From: a virus
Length of the DNA: 64,000 bases
IMG/VR virus record: IMGVR_UViG_3300032164_000003
Coordinates: 1 to 64,000 of that record
Strand: one strand, 5' to 3'
The position numbers and the translations under genes are program-made. Under the pieces are notes generated by a model. That model was not told the DNA's origin, did no database searches, and saw only the letters and a list, made by a program, of their open reading frames with translations. Shown here piece after piece: positions 43,817 through 54,592 of this stretch. Within the stretch, counting starts at the first letter, position 1, and every line of letters begins with the position of its first letter.

Positions 43817-44460
43817 TTTATCCCTCGGAATTGATTTTCCAGTTCAATAACCTTCCCAAGCACAGTATTTAAGGATGCGTCAGAATAGTGACACCACATC
43901 AGTTTGCTTTGAAACGGATCTGACATCTGAACCATTGGCCAATGGCAAAGAGTACGCAGCGCCTGATTGTCATACGCAATTACTCTGTTCTTATCTGCTA
44001 CATCCGCTAACTTTGTATTGTCATATATGACAAGTATTCTAAGTGTGTTGGATCCCCACATCGCAATTACTTTTTTCTCCATCGCAAGCATGCTTTTAGA
44101 AAATTCGTCGATGGACAAGCGTTCTACCGGTTTAGCTATCTTCTTTAGCTGCACCGCTCCCTCGTGCGGTCCAATTGCATATCGAATACCGTCCTCAAAC
44201 ACGAAGTTGGGATGGTACGATTCATTGAATGGCGAAAATAAAAATGTATCTATTTTCTTTGGGATTTTGAACACGCGCACGTACCCACTTGGCCACATAT
44301 CAGTGTGCATAGCAGGTATCCGTGCGCCCGGCTCTGCTTTCTTCATAAACATATCCATAGTCATTGCATGCGCAGTATATGTCTCTGGAAAGTAAACGGT
44401 CATGCAATTAGCCATACTAAACCGTTTCACATACTCTATGTCCACTTCTTGGTGATGCAT
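43813..44460 (-). CDS. hypothetical protein in glycosylation island
   Basis: 215-aa ORF coupled to neighbours. Confidence 0.6.
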   Translation of the reverse strand: MHHQEVDIEYVKRFSMANCMTVYFPETYTAHAMTMDMFMKKAEPGARIPAMHTDMWPSGYVRVFKIPKKIDTFLFSPFNESYHPNFVFEDGIRYAIGPHEGAVQLKKIAKPVERLSIDEFSKSMLAMEKKVIAMWGSNTLRILVIYDNTKLADVADKNRVIAYDNQALRTLCHWPMVQMSDPFQSKLMWCHYSDASLNTVLGKVIELENQFRGIK

Positions 44461-44467
44461 GCTAATC

Positions 44468-45493
44468 CTAAGGAAGATTTACCGTCGGACCAAACCTACA
44501 GTAGTATGCGTCGTCTTGACGGGCTCCTGGGATATAGTTCCATGGGTTGAGTCCGTACCACAATCCCCAGAACGGTGTGCCGCAATAATTGGCCGGGCAC
44601 GCGGTTGGGCTGGATCTAAAATTGAAATTGCCACCAACAAAGTCCCCAATATGGTGTGTGTTCAATCCAAAGCACGGAAAGATGCTTCCAGAAATGTCCA
44701 TATATGCATAGCTACATCCGGCATCACAGGGCATACCCTTAAAGAATCCCGCCCCGGCACAGTACAACTGCTGACATGTTCTTCTATACTTTGTAACGCT
44801 TGCCAGAATTTCTCGTTCTTTTTGTGTGTATGCTTGTGGGTATGCGCCGTTTGAATTCGCTACGCTCTTTGGAGATCCGTGTATAAACACCCATGGAAGT
44901 ATTGGGGCGTTTTCCGGAAGCAATGTTTGTAACCATTTCATTTTGTCAGGAAACGCAGTTATCTCTGCTGGTTGTACTACGGTTTTAAGTATTGTAGTAA
45001 ATCCACGCGCTGCTGCCTCATGAAAATTGTTCATGTATATACTGCGGGCATACTCATCTGTGTCCAAGCGCCACCCATGATAGGTAGCCATAATCTGCCC
45101 AACGTGTGCCGGGTCAACCTGATTTACCCACTCAGTGAATCGGCCAGTGGTTAGATTAGTGTGTAATTCTAAAACGAATCCCCGTTTTCCAAGCTCCTTA
45201 TACAATTCAGGAAGCTGTTTTACCATTGTCGGCTCACCACCGCTAATGGTTAGATATACATTTTTCTTGGCGGCGATTCTAAGTTGTTCCATTCGCGCAA
45301 CGACCTTGTCAACACCACCCAACATATTTATCAATGTGGGTACTGGCGTCTTAGACTTCCAGCCTACGCAATAAGGGCAGTTCATTGTGCACTGATGCGT
45401 AATTATCCAGGCGAGGTTGAGCCAATCTAGTCGTTTCCTGGATGGAAAGTCTCCTAGCTCCATTTCGCCGTTTGGCAATGTGTATATATTCAA
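44468..45493 (-). CDS. radical SAM protein with SPASM/twitch-like C-terminus
   Basis: CTMNCPYC, SGGEP, HTN, CDAG..G.IFPC..C. Confidence 0.9.
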   Translation of the reverse strand: MNIYTLPNGEMELGDFPSRKRLDWLNLAWIITHQCTMNCPYCVGWKSKTPVPTLINMLGGVDKVVARMEQLRIAAKKNVYLTISGGEPTMVKQLPELYKELGKRGFVLELHTNLTTGRFTEWVNQVDPAHVGQIMATYHGWRLDTDEYARSIYMNNFHEAAARGFTTILKTVVQPAEITAFPDKMKWLQTLLPENAPILPWVFIHGSPKSVANSNGAYPQAYTQKEREILASVTKYRRTCQQLYCAGAGFFKGMPCDAGCSYAYMDISGSIFPCFGLNTHHIGDFVGGNFNFRSSPTACPANYCGTPFWGLWYGLNPWNYIPGARQDDAYYCRFGPTVNLP

Positions 45494-46371
45494 GTTATCC
45501 TCTTTATTGTTTTATCACACCAGTACATGAATGCACTTTTTGTTGCGTCTACAATGCTCCTATATGTGCTCGGATTCTGCAGGGTCATAGGAGCAGTTTT
45601 ACCAAGCGGATTTATAATAATACCAAAAAGATCTAAAAGTGAAAATCTAGAATCTGCCGGATCCCCGAAAAAGTACACTGGTTTGTCTTGAGATAATGCC
45701 GGGAGAACACTATGCAATCTTCCAGTATATACTGCCCGTGTTCCTGCGTACACATTCATAACCTCATCCGGATTATCATAATAAATTGCATCTGCATGCA
45801 GTCCGATAGCCATTGGAAGTTCGAAGTGGCGTTCTTGAATAGACGCCACTATCTTTCCAGGAATCTTAGACAAAAATGAAAGCTGCCATGGGACATTCGT
45901 TCGGGCGAAGCCCACAATGTTATAAGGAATAGTACTGCTCCATTTTCTCTTAGGCAAATATGCAGTAGGACAACCGACCAAGATAGCGGATATTCCCAAG
46001 TTGCGACAAGCAGCCAGGGTAGCCGGATCGCGCACCCCGATTGGTGGTGTGATGTGTTTAAGAATTTCTTTGTTTATAGGGTATGTTGGTCCCCAGAAGG
46101 ACGCGGCGGTACAGAATTTTGGAACCTTTATCTTAGAAAGCGCTGCAGTAGCCTCTCCCTGACCTTGTCCGGTAGCTAAAATTGTAGATCCTGGAAGCAG
46201 CACAAAGTCACATTTATTTAGTTCTACAATCTCCTGCGCGGAAGGGTACGAAAACATAGAAACAGCTACTGATGGGGCAGGAAGATTTGCCAACGTCTTT
46301 ACCGCATACTCGATTAGTCGATTTCCAAGATTAGAATTCGGAGTATCTATAGTAAGTATTCCGTATTTCAT
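45490..46371 (-). CDS. polysaccharide pyruvyl transferase family protein
   Basis: NLGN, IGVRD, GCPT, TGRLH. Confidence 0.8.
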   Translation of the reverse strand: MKYGILTIDTPNSNLGNRLIEYAVKTLANLPAPSVAVSMFSYPSAQEIVELNKCDFVLLPGSTILATGQGQGEATAALSKIKVPKFCTAASFWGPTYPINKEILKHITPPIGVRDPATLAACRNLGISAILVGCPTAYLPKRKWSSTIPYNIVGFARTNVPWQLSFLSKIPGKIVASIQERHFELPMAIGLHADAIYYDNPDEVMNVYAGTRAVYTGRLHSVLPALSQDKPVYFFGDPADSRFSLLDLFGIIINPLGKTAPMTLQNPSTYRSIVDATKSAFMYWCDKTIKRIT

Positions 46372-47099
46372 TTTCCATCTCTGAAGTTGAAGAAGCGTGT
46401 TCTGTTTTCTACAAGCAGTCTTTCATAAACATCCTTTTTTCCAATCTTTTCCATCAGTGCGCTATACGGGGGATGCCATATATGAATAGGATGAATGTTA
46501 GTATTACGTGCGCCTACGCCACTTCTAGTTAATCGAACGAATAAATCGTTGTCTTCCCCACCCCATCCTTTGTAAGCTTCGTTGTACCCCCCGTGTGCAG
46601 AGAACCACTGCTTCATTACACCCATGTGGCTAAAACCGTCTGGGCGTGTATCATGTATTCCTTGACCGTTTATGCTAGCTAGTACGTCATTGTAATTGCC
46701 TGTTTGGCGCACCCCTTCTAAGCTGTCATAAACCAAATTGAACGTGAATGCTCGACTATTAATAAATTTTATATTCTCTTGTACATAGTTTGGTGGTATC
46801 ACACAATCTGCATCGACGAAAAGTATAACGTCACCAGGAGCATTCTTTATTCCGACATTCAGTGCACAGCTTCTGCTCCAAATCGGTCCCTCTCCACGTA
46901 AATATGTTAATCCATTATTTTGTGCAACATCTTTTATACTTTTTACGTATGCCGACTCACTACCATAATCAACCAGTACATTTTTGCAGTGTATGTTCTG
47001 TTTGCTTACAGATTCTGCAGACAGAACTAGGTTTCCTAGATAGACCTCAAACGCTGGTTCGGAAACACGGATTGGAATTATGATTGTTGGTATTGTCAT
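46368..47099 (-). CDS. glycosyltransferase (GT2/GT7-like)
   Basis: VDYGS, LNVG, FVDAD, GGYNE.Y.GWGGEDND, HIWH. Confidence 0.88.
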   Translation of the reverse strand: MTIPTIIIPIRVSEPAFEVYLGNLVLSAESVSKQNIHCKNVLVDYGSESAYVKSIKDVAQNNGLTYLRGEGPIWSRSCALNVGIKNAPGDVILFVDADCVIPPNYVQENIKFINSRAFTFNLVYDSLEGVRQTGNYNDVLASINGQGIHDTRPDGFSHMGVMKQWFSAHGGYNEAYKGWGGEDNDLFVRLTRSGVGARNTNIHPIHIWHPPYSALMEKIGKKDVYERLLVENRTRFFNFRDGK

Positions 47100-48112
47100 T
47101 TAAGTCCTATGGACGAGAGCACATCTAATAGGTAATCGACACGATGTGCATATGTGTGTTGCGCCAGTATTTTCTTCCTAGCATTCTCGCCTATCTTGTT
47201 GCGAGCGTCTGGATTTTTTAGATAGTAACTAGCCTTGTTTTTGAAATCAGTAATGTCAGAATAATATACTAGGTCTTCTCCATCTGTGAAGAACTTATCT
47301 ATTTCTGGCTGATTATCTAGTAATAGAAATCCACCGACCCCCATTACCATAAACACACGGTCATTTAGGTATCCAGGAGATCGTACTATATGGTTAGAAA
47401 AGTTTATCCTAGACTTCTCGAACAGTGTATGCACGGTGCTCCAATTGTCCCAAGATCCTTTGTAATGTTGTGTCAGCCTAGGATCTCCACTAAGTACTTT
47501 CCCGCCAGCGGCTACCCACATCTTATCGCCATATAGCTGTACATTAATTCCAGAATTTATTAATGACCATATCATGTCCGTTCTTTTAAGTGGAGAAATT
47601 ACATACGGAGATCCTGCGAATATACAGTCTATTTTATCCGCTTCCTCCACAGGAGAAACTTTTCTGTCTACATTGTCCCATGCTGGCCACCACAAATGTG
47701 CATAAGAAAATCCTAAAGATTTGTAGACTGCCATGCTTGCCATGTCACAGGTTAATGCGATCTGATACCCACGATGCATATAGTGACTGGAGAACTGTTG
47801 CACAAAAAATGGATCGTCTTGGCTCCAGTATATGGTCGTACCTACTTTTGCCCGGATCCACTCTGTAGTCTCTGGAAGGATGTATTTATCGAAAAAGTAT
47901 CCCTTGCAGCAAATGTACACATCTGGTTTTTCTTCTTCTATCTGTCTTCTTAGTATCACATCATATTGTTTCATACTCACATTTGGATTGGCAAAATACG
48001 AGTAACAAACGTAGTCATTTATATTTCGATCAGCACCAACTACAGTGTGCCCACGCTCTTGCAGGCGGTGAATTATTCCGGGATATGCACCAGAGTTTAT
48101 GAAGAATTTCAT
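47096..48112 (-). CDS. CgeB-like (GT-B) glycosyltransferase
   Basis: YWSQDDP, NDRVF..MGVGGFLL, YYL.NP..R..I...AR..IL..HTYAHR. Confidence 0.85.
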   Translation of the reverse strand: MKFFINSGAYPGIIHRLQERGHTVVGADRNINDYVCYSYFANPNVSMKQYDVILRRQIEEEKPDVYICCKGYFFDKYILPETTEWIRAKVGTTIYWSQDDPFFVQQFSSHYMHRGYQIALTCDMASMAVYKSLGFSYAHLWWPAWDNVDRKVSPVEEADKIDCIFAGSPYVISPLKRTDMIWSLINSGINVQLYGDKMWVAAGGKVLSGDPRLTQHYKGSWDNWSTVHTLFEKSRINFSNHIVRSPGYLNDRVFMVMGVGGFLLLDNQPEIDKFFTDGEDLVYYSDITDFKNKASYYLKNPDARNKIGENARKKILAQHTYAHRVDYLLDVLSSIGLK

Positions 48113-48834
48113 TACAATTCTCCCCAAGCGGTATCTTCGTTTACGATTATTTTTCCGGCTCGCTGGTTCGCACAGAATAATGCGCTGTTTTGTACATGGC
48201 CAGTTAAGTCAATATCATGTGGCATGTGCACCATACTTGTAAAATTATCAATGAAGGTAATCCCATATCCAAGTAATGACAGTCTATAAACAAAATCACA
48301 GTCTTCATAGCCCCAGCCAATAAACTGCTCATCGAAGCCGTGCATATATAGTGCATGTTCGGTGTGGCACCCTAAACAGCAACCCTCTCCTAAGAATTTA
48401 TTATTCTTTTTAGCTATTTCCAAAACCGCATTGTAGGATTTGTACAGACTTGCTCTTGGTATATTTTTTGGGATTTCCGGGAGAAAGTATGTGTTGCATT
48501 TTGCTAGAACACGCGAAGTTCCAATTGTATCCCTAACGGTCTTGAAAAAATCGGTGGCAAACAATTGGTCCGCATCCGTAAAGACCACATACTTGGTTGT
48601 TACATGGCGCAGTCCGATATTAAGCGCACGCGCCTTGTGAAATCTACCTGTATTTCTTCCCACATGTACAACCTTCAACCATTCCGGACCGCACATTGTT
48701 ACTGGTGGATAACTTCCGAAGTCCACGATTATGCACTTTGGGATATCAGAGTTTACAGATATAGAGTTTACACAGCACGCTATGTTTTCATTTCTGTTCT
48801 TAACCGCAATTACTGCTGTAAGATCTGTCAGCAT
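48112..48834 (-). CDS. glycosyltransferase (GT2/GT7-like)
   Basis: VDFGS, KARALNIG, FTDAD, GFDEQFIGWGYED. Confidence 0.88.
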   Translation of the reverse strand: MLTDLTAVIAVKNRNENIACCVNSISVNSDIPKCIIVDFGSYPPVTMCGPEWLKVVHVGRNTGRFHKARALNIGLRHVTTKYVVFTDADQLFATDFFKTVRDTIGTSRVLAKCNTYFLPEIPKNIPRASLYKSYNAVLEIAKKNNKFLGEGCCLGCHTEHALYMHGFDEQFIGWGYEDCDFVYRLSLLGYGITFIDNFTSMVHMPHDIDLTGHVQNSALFCANQRAGKIIVNEDTAWGEL

Positions 48835-48836
48835 TA

Positions 48837-49838
48837 TTACTTTAATATTCTATTGAGTTCTTCTAAGAATCTTTTTGTTGCATTTGCCCAAGAAAATGTT
48901 TTTACAAGCGCCCTCCCGTTTTCGGATAATGTCTTGTGCAACACTACATCAGAAATTATTCTATGCGCGGCGGCAGCTACATCATTAGAATTATCTTTAG
49001 AGATTAGGCATGTCTTGCCATCTCTCATGTACTCGTCCAAACCCATGCTTGGAATATACACTACTGGGGTTCCACATGCAAGGCTTTCTAGCGTTGGAAG
49101 TCCCCAGCCCTCGCTTAATGATGTAGATAACCATACAGTGCACATAGCATATATAGTAGGAATTGTTAGCTGTTGCGGATTTGTGTAAATCTGATACTTT
49201 ATACCCCGTTTGGAAAACTCTCCTATTGAATTAATGTTAGTAGAGGAGATCATTATTGGAACCACATTTATATTATATGTTTCCTTCAGCAGAATTACGG
49301 CCTCGACAAATCTGTTGAAGTTCTTCATGGGGCTTTTGTGAAAAAGACCGCCGACTAAAATAGTGTGGGGATCTCTAGTAACCAGGCTCGGAGAGAAGAT
49401 GCCGTCTATTCCAGGATGGATAATCGTGATGTCCTTGTGCCCATACTTTAGTGCTACATCTGCTAGCCACTTGGATGTTGCAATGACTGCGGTATATGGG
49501 AACTTCAGATTCCTTTCCTCTGTGGGCATGTGCTGTGTTCCAAAACCTTGAAGAAGTAGTATTTGTTTTTTATTATGCAGTTCCGGGAATATCCTGCCAT
49601 CTGCAAAGTTCACTATACACGCCGCAGAAGCTAACCAGGGATGTGTTGGGCTACTTGCTTGAGCGAAGGGAGTTTGCTGTGCCGCGCCATCAATTAGCCA
49701 GGGCATATTTGCATCTGTGATACGGCGTACTGCTATTACCGCATCAACGCCCTGTTTGCGCAGGGCATGTGCAAACCTAAATATTACCTTAACTCCACCA
49801 GACACGCTGGTGTGTGGGCACATAAATACTAGTTTCAT
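48837..49838 (-). CDS. glycosyltransferase family 4
   Basis: SGGVKVI, SEGWGLPTLESLACGTPVV. Confidence 0.9.
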   Translation of the reverse strand: MKLVFMCPHTSVSGGVKVIFRFAHALRKQGVDAVIAVRRITDANMPWLIDGAAQQTPFAQASSPTHPWLASAACIVNFADGRIFPELHNKKQILLLQGFGTQHMPTEERNLKFPYTAVIATSKWLADVALKYGHKDITIIHPGIDGIFSPSLVTRDPHTILVGGLFHKSPMKNFNRFVEAVILLKETYNINVVPIMISSTNINSIGEFSKRGIKYQIYTNPQQLTIPTIYAMCTVWLSTSLSEGWGLPTLESLACGTPVVYIPSMGLDEYMRDGKTCLISKDNSNDVAAAAHRIISDVVLHKTLSENGRALVKTFSWANATKRFLEELNRILK

Positions 49839-50476
49839 CTTTTTACAATGCACCCGCGCTCTCTCCAGTAGAGCTTTCGTGCGATAAGGCGTTCCGCTTT
49901 TATATTGACGCCACTCTTCTTAGAACTGGCTTCTCCTATGTGATAGACAAACGCGTCCTTGCGCCAAAGGAACTTGTATCCCAGCTGTCTTCCGCGATCT
50001 TCTAGATCTGTATCTTGGCCATATAGATAGTAGCGCTCATCGAAGCCGCCTAGTTTTCTCCAAAGTTCCCTTTCAAACAATAAACAAAATCCACTTAGTG
50101 GATCTACTACTTCGGCGCACTGCCCAAAACACTTTTCGGCTTGTTCCCAGGTTCTGATCGTCCTTGACGGTCCAAAATGACAGTTGGTAGATGGACCTAC
50201 AAATCCGCATTTAGGATACGCGGCGAGCGTCTCTATCATTCTGGAGAGCCAGTGCGGATATACTAATGTATCATTATTCAACAAACAAATATATTTATTG
50301 TCGCAATCTTTTATCAGCCTATTCCAGATCTCTGTAAGTGTATGTCCGCTTTTAAAATTATCGAGGAAGGTTATGGTAGCAGGAATGTCGGTGTTTTTCT
50401 TAACACTCTCTATGCATGCTGCTTCTTCTTTTGGTAAATTGTATCCTATTATGATAATGTTTATCTTGTCATTCAC
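49835..50476 (-). CDS. glycosyltransferase family 2
   Basis: LLNND, GFCLL, GGFDERY..YGQD.D. Confidence 0.88.
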   Translation of the reverse strand: MNDKINIIIIGYNLPKEEAACIESVKKNTDIPATITFLDNFKSGHTLTEIWNRLIKDCDNKYICLLNNDTLVYPHWLSRMIETLAAYPKCGFVGPSTNCHFGPSRTIRTWEQAEKCFGQCAEVVDPLSGFCLLFERELWRKLGGFDERYYLYGQDTDLEDRGRQLGYKFLWRKDAFVYHIGEASSKKSGVNIKAERLIARKLYWRERGCIVKR

Positions 50477-51035
50477 TTCTTTTCTCCAGCGTGCACTTGT
50501 TCCCTATCTTCTTTAATATGTCCGCGATTTGCTTTGATGCTTTCTCCCCATTTAGATACAGAAGCAATGCTATGCCCATTTTTGCTAAGCAAAACGCGTC
50601 AACTTGATTATTGTCTGTGAGTGTATCTGACCCTAAGCCAAACTTACGAAAGGTTTGTTCTAGCATTATCTCTTTTGGGGCATTTCCCTTACCTGTAATA
50701 AACTTCTTCAGCGACGTAGGGGGAACCTCGTAGTATCCGTTCCATTTTCGTGCAAGGAGTAACCGTAGGACTCCACCTAGCTCTCCTAGATCGAATACGC
50801 GCCCCTTTCCGGCAAATGCGTACCCCTCTATAAATAGGGCCGGTTGTTCTCCTGCAGAAAATTCTGTTACGCGGGCATTTACCTTTCTAGAAATCCAGTC
50901 TATGCGCCGTATACCACGAAGCCCATCTGGGGGATTTAGCGTACATGTGTGTAGGAGCTTTCCGGAAAGCCGCGAAAGTGCGCACATCCCAGTGCCGACG
51001 AGGCTAGGATCAATCCCGATAACTATCTGGGACAT
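50469..51035 (-). CDS. RuvC-like Holliday junction resolvase
   Basis: IGIDPSL..TG, FIEGY, P..LKKF.TGKGNA.K, DN.VDA. Confidence 0.88.
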   Translation of the reverse strand: MSQIVIGIDPSLVGTGMCALSRLSGKLLHTCTLNPPDGLRGIRRIDWISRKVNARVTEFSAGEQPALFIEGYAFAGKGRVFDLGELGGVLRLLLARKWNGYYEVPPTSLKKFITGKGNAPKEIMLEQTFRKFGLGSDTLTDNNQVDAFCLAKMGIALLLYLNGEKASKQIADILKKIGNKCTLEKRSE

Positions 51036-51627
51036 CTTTTACTCCAAACACGGGCTTGTAGTGTGGGTCTGATACCAACGGTGGTGTACTCAGTGCCTCA
51101 TTTATAAGATCCTTGAACAGTTCCTCATTAGTAATTGCTAGAAAGGCACTACCAAGTATATGACGTAGTAATGCGAACAGCCTTGCATTAGTTATGTCGC
51201 CATTCTCGTTTGTATTGTCGCAGAACGAATATGAAGACGGGTCTTTAGCACCCAAACTGAGATCGGCAATGGAGACATCGATCACAATGCCGTCAAGCGG
51301 ATAGTATATTTTATTTCCTTCATCCACACGGCAGGCCTCCTTCAAGCCAACACACCGGTAACACACACCCTGAACCGTGCTCTCGGTTGCAACTACAGAC
51401 ATACGTAATGCGCGTGATGTTTTCCTGTCCACAAATAATCCGCCACGCTGCTCTGTTCTGTAGCCATCCTCATTAGTGGCGTGCAGAATAGGAAGCTCGT
51501 GGAATTGATCCACACCATCCCAGAGCACTGTATTCGCAAAAAGTAACGTATTGAGATAATCGATGATGTACTTTTTCGTTATCTTTTCTATGTGATAATT
51601 TACTGCCGTTTGCGGTTTTTCGTTCAT
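51010..51627 (-). CDS. hypothetical protein
   Basis: ORF with probable start MNEKP after GGAG. Confidence 0.6.
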   Translation of the reverse strand: MNEKPQTAVNYHIEKITKKYIIDYLNTLLFANTVLWDGVDQFHELPILHATNEDGYRTEQRGGLFVDRKTSRALRMSVVATESTVQGVCYRCVGLKEACRVDEGNKIYYPLDGIVIDVSIADLSLGAKDPSSYSFCDNTNENGDITNARLFALLRHILGSAFLAITNEELFKDLINEALSTPPLVSDPHYKPVFGVKDVPDSYRD

Positions 51628-51965
51628 TTTGCGTCTCCGCATTTTAACAAGTACGCTTCTACCGGATCTTTGATCTGGCTTGCCCATACTTCCTTCATCT
51701 TTATGGATGTATCCTTAACTGTGGCCTCTAATTTCTCTATAGCATTGATCAGTGTCCGTATGCTTCCGTCCAGCGTTTTAGCTGTTTCCTCGCTTCGTAG
51801 CATGTGCCGAACATACCCGCGAACTACATCGCCAATCTCATAATAAAAGTACTTCGAAATCCATTGTTCTCCATCTTTCGTTCGTACACGAAGGACAAAG
51901 GATTCATTGGCAGCGACAAGCTGCGTGCTCTTATCCAAATTACATAGAACATATCCGTCAGTCAT
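51624..51965 (-). CDS. hypothetical protein
   Basis: 113-aa ORF coupled to neighbours. Confidence 0.6.
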   Translation of the reverse strand: MTDGYVLCNLDKSTQLVAANESFVLRVRTKDGEQWISKYFYYEIGDVVRGYVRHMLRSEETAKTLDGSIRTLINAIEKLEATVKDTSIKMKEVWASQIKDPVEAYLLKCGDAK

Positions 51966-51968
51966 CGC

Positions 51969-52400
51969 TTATTTCCTCGGTAGAAGGTGCGAAACATTAC
52001 CTGGAATATCTCCTGGTGTTGCTAATGTTATTCCACTTAGTGCAGCACGATACTTTGCAACTGCATCGGTATAACTTTGGAACAACCTTTGATTTTTTAT
52101 GCAACTTTCGTTATTGGTTTCATCAGCAATAACTTCTCCAAGTACCTCTACAGAAGTGGGGAAAAGTGCTAATGTTTCCTGTTGGGTATCTCCAAAATAT
52201 GGAGATCCTATGCTCATTGCCACACGCCGACCATCGCCAACCGGTTGAACAAATATCGCCCGCACATCATGCATGACAAGTGCGGTTTCTCCATCACGCC
52301 ATGTTGCATATTCGGCCGTTGTAGCTACGCCAAGCCACACGTTTGGCATTGAATCAGGTACCACAAGTAAAAATATCTTAGGGCCAACTAGATTACTCAT
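51969..52400 (-). CDS. hypothetical protein
   Basis: 143-aa ORF with GGAGG SD. Confidence 0.6.
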   Translation of the reverse strand: MSNLVGPKIFLLVVPDSMPNVWLGVATTAEYATWRDGETALVMHDVRAIFVQPVGDGRRVAMSIGSPYFGDTQQETLALFPTSVEVLGEVIADETNNESCIKNQRLFQSYTDAVAKYRAALSGITLATPGDIPGNVSHLLPRK

Positions 52401-53415
52401 CTTTCCTCCCTAGGACGTCGGTTATAGCCGCGTCCCATAGTTTGTAATTTGTAGAAATACTAAAGTTTTCTTTAACTACGCGCTTGGCATTTTCCAAAAT
52501 GCGCTTGTGCATGTCTTGATCTGCAAGTACCATACGAACCTTTTCATACCACTCGCTGTTGTCAGAGACTAAGATCCCAGTTACCCCGTCCTCGATGGTG
52601 TCCTTATACGGTCCAAAGTTCGATGCAACGGTCACGGCATCATGAACTGTATATTCAAGAAACTTAAGGTTAGATTTGCTTTTGTTAAACACGTTGGCGC
52701 AGAGCGGAGCCAAGCCAACGTAGGTTCCCACCTGTGAGAACATCTGATAGAAGGCTTCGAAGGGCACCAATTGTAATGTCTCAGCACCAGGAATATTGAA
52801 TGCCGGTTCTCGCGTCTTGCCATCATAGCCACACCAGAGTTTAAATATGATATCTTGGTCCTTTGCCAACTGTTCGAATCCAGCACGGGCAACCATAAGA
52901 TCTCGTTCATGTGTCGTTGAGCCCTGCCAACAGACTACAGGCTTTACTGTATTTCTGTTACATGGATAGATAATCTCAGAGTCTACAGAATTTGGAAGCA
53001 CATATATGTTCTCACAATAATTTCGGTATATACCGCGTAATTCTTCTGTTGTGACAAATATTGCATCAACATTGGACACGAAGTACTTTATTCCGTCTTG
53101 AACCTTCTTGACATTGAGTGTTTTTGCGGCAGGATTCCATTCAGGTATATTGAATAAGTCATCATCAATTTCATATATAAGCTTTGCGCCCTTCTTTTTC
53201 ATCTCAAGCGCGGGTGCCAGTACTTCAAGCTTGTACTGGCGTTGTAGAATGACTACATCATATTTACCAATTTGATCCTTTGAAATAGATCCAGAAACAC
53301 TGATCTCAAACTTCTCCTGATTATTCCTAGCAATATAGACAAGCGGGGAATGGATCCTATAAAACCAACACGCGGCACGGTCACCGCGATACGCAATTAG
53401 TTTAGTCTTACTCAT
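52393..53415 (-). CDS. GT-B glycosyltransferase (GT4-like)
   Basis: C.FYR..P, ILQR, YEIDD, GLAPL..FN.SKSNLKFLEY, G.TGILV. Confidence 0.85.
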   Translation of the reverse strand: MSKTKLIAYRGDRAACWFYRIHSPLVYIARNNQEKFEISVSGSISKDQIGKYDVVILQRQYKLEVLAPALEMKKKGAKLIYEIDDDLFNIPEWNPAAKTLNVKKVQDGIKYFVSNVDAIFVTTEELRGIYRNYCENIYVLPNSVDSEIIYPCNRNTVKPVVCWQGSTTHERDLMVARAGFEQLAKDQDIIFKLWCGYDGKTREPAFNIPGAETLQLVPFEAFYQMFSQVGTYVGLAPLCANVFNKSKSNLKFLEYTVHDAVTVASNFGPYKDTIEDGVTGILVSDNSEWYEKVRMVLADQDMHKRILENAKRVVKENFSISTNYKLWDAAITDVLGRKDE

Positions 53416-54562
53416 TGTACTCTTCCTTAGTGGAGGCAAACGAGGGCTGTGGATCACTGGCCAAATTAGGATCTCCTGCCATCACGATTCCAGGAACTAG
53501 TGATGTAGCAGTGCTATACTTTTGATCGCTTGGCGGTGGTGCACGCCGCGCTGCCTCTAATTCTGGATTTCCTTTGTTCTCTTGCTTTCTCTTTCTGTTG
53601 TCTTCAAGAGCTTCAAGTAAGCTCTTTTCAAGATCTCCCGCTGGCATCTTTGCGCATACCTGATTTGGACATTCCCACAGGAGGGATTGCCGCGTCTTTG
53701 GATTTTTGTAGCCCGGGGCCATATCAAGTAATGCGCCAACGGGCCGGTTACACGGCCACAAATTACATCCTCCACTGTACGACACATTATAGTTATTGGC
53801 ATATCCAAAGAACTTAGGATCAGTATTTTGAAACACAACAATGCCCCGAGTGCCAAGCCCGTTTGAACAGTGCGCAAATAGACTTTCTATAAATATGTAC
53901 GTGTCTACAAGCGGGATCAGAGCGATTGTTTCGCGCATCTGCATGCCAAGTGCATCAATGGTGCCTGGTACCTTCGGTTCTCCTTCGAGTCCAATATGAA
54001 TAAACAGTGCTTTGTCCTTTAGCTTTTCTACAACTGTAGACACCATCTGTATGTTCAGATCTTTTAAATTGTTAGTCTTATTGAAGTTTCCATCTGACGG
54101 GATCGCCCCCGTACAGTGCAATAGCACCAATGGTTTATTCAGTATGCGGTACTGATCCAAAAATGTATGCGCTGCGCGGCGCTCATACTCTGTACTTGTA
54201 TAGTCCAAAGGTAATCCATCGTACTCAGCGCCGTACACCCGACAGATGAACTCTGGTAGAGTTTTGCATCCCGTAGCAGGTTCGTCCATTATTGCATCAT
54301 AAACAAAATGCTTTTTGAAAAACCTAATATTGTAATTTAGAACGTGTTCCGAATAAAAATCCTTGGGATCCTTCAACGGAATAAGTTTATCTATGTTAGC
54401 ATTGTTTTCCAAAAGCTGTGCGTATGTGCTAGTTACTACAATTTCATCGTCAGGATATTTTTTTCTAAAATAGCGAATCATGGGGGTATGAGACAATACA
54501 TCGCCTGCGCCGCCTTGGCAGAACAAAATTATGCGCGATTTCTTTTCAAACTTCGTAGCCAT
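53408..54562 (-). CDS. glycosyltransferase family 9 (heptosyltransferase-like)
   Basis: GGAGDVL..TP.IR..RKKYPD, NID, IES..AH, C.LWPC..C. Confidence 0.8.
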   Translation of the reverse strand: MATKFEKKSRIILFCQGGAGDVLSHTPMIRYFRKKYPDDEIVVTSTYAQLLENNANIDKLIPLKDPKDFYSEHVLNYNIRFFKKHFVYDAIMDEPATGCKTLPEFICRVYGAEYDGLPLDYTSTEYERRAAHTFLDQYRILNKPLVLLHCTGAIPSDGNFNKTNNLKDLNIQMVSTVVEKLKDKALFIHIGLEGEPKVPGTIDALGMQMRETIALIPLVDTYIFIESLFAHCSNGLGTRGIVVFQNTDPKFFGYANNYNVSYSGGCNLWPCNRPVGALLDMAPGYKNPKTRQSLLWECPNQVCAKMPAGDLEKSLLEALEDNRKRKQENKGNPELEAARRAPPPSDQKYSTATSLVPGIVMAGDPNLASDPQPSFASTKEEYNE

Positions 54563-54592
54563 CGGAGCCTCCTATCAAATATGCCTGTCACT

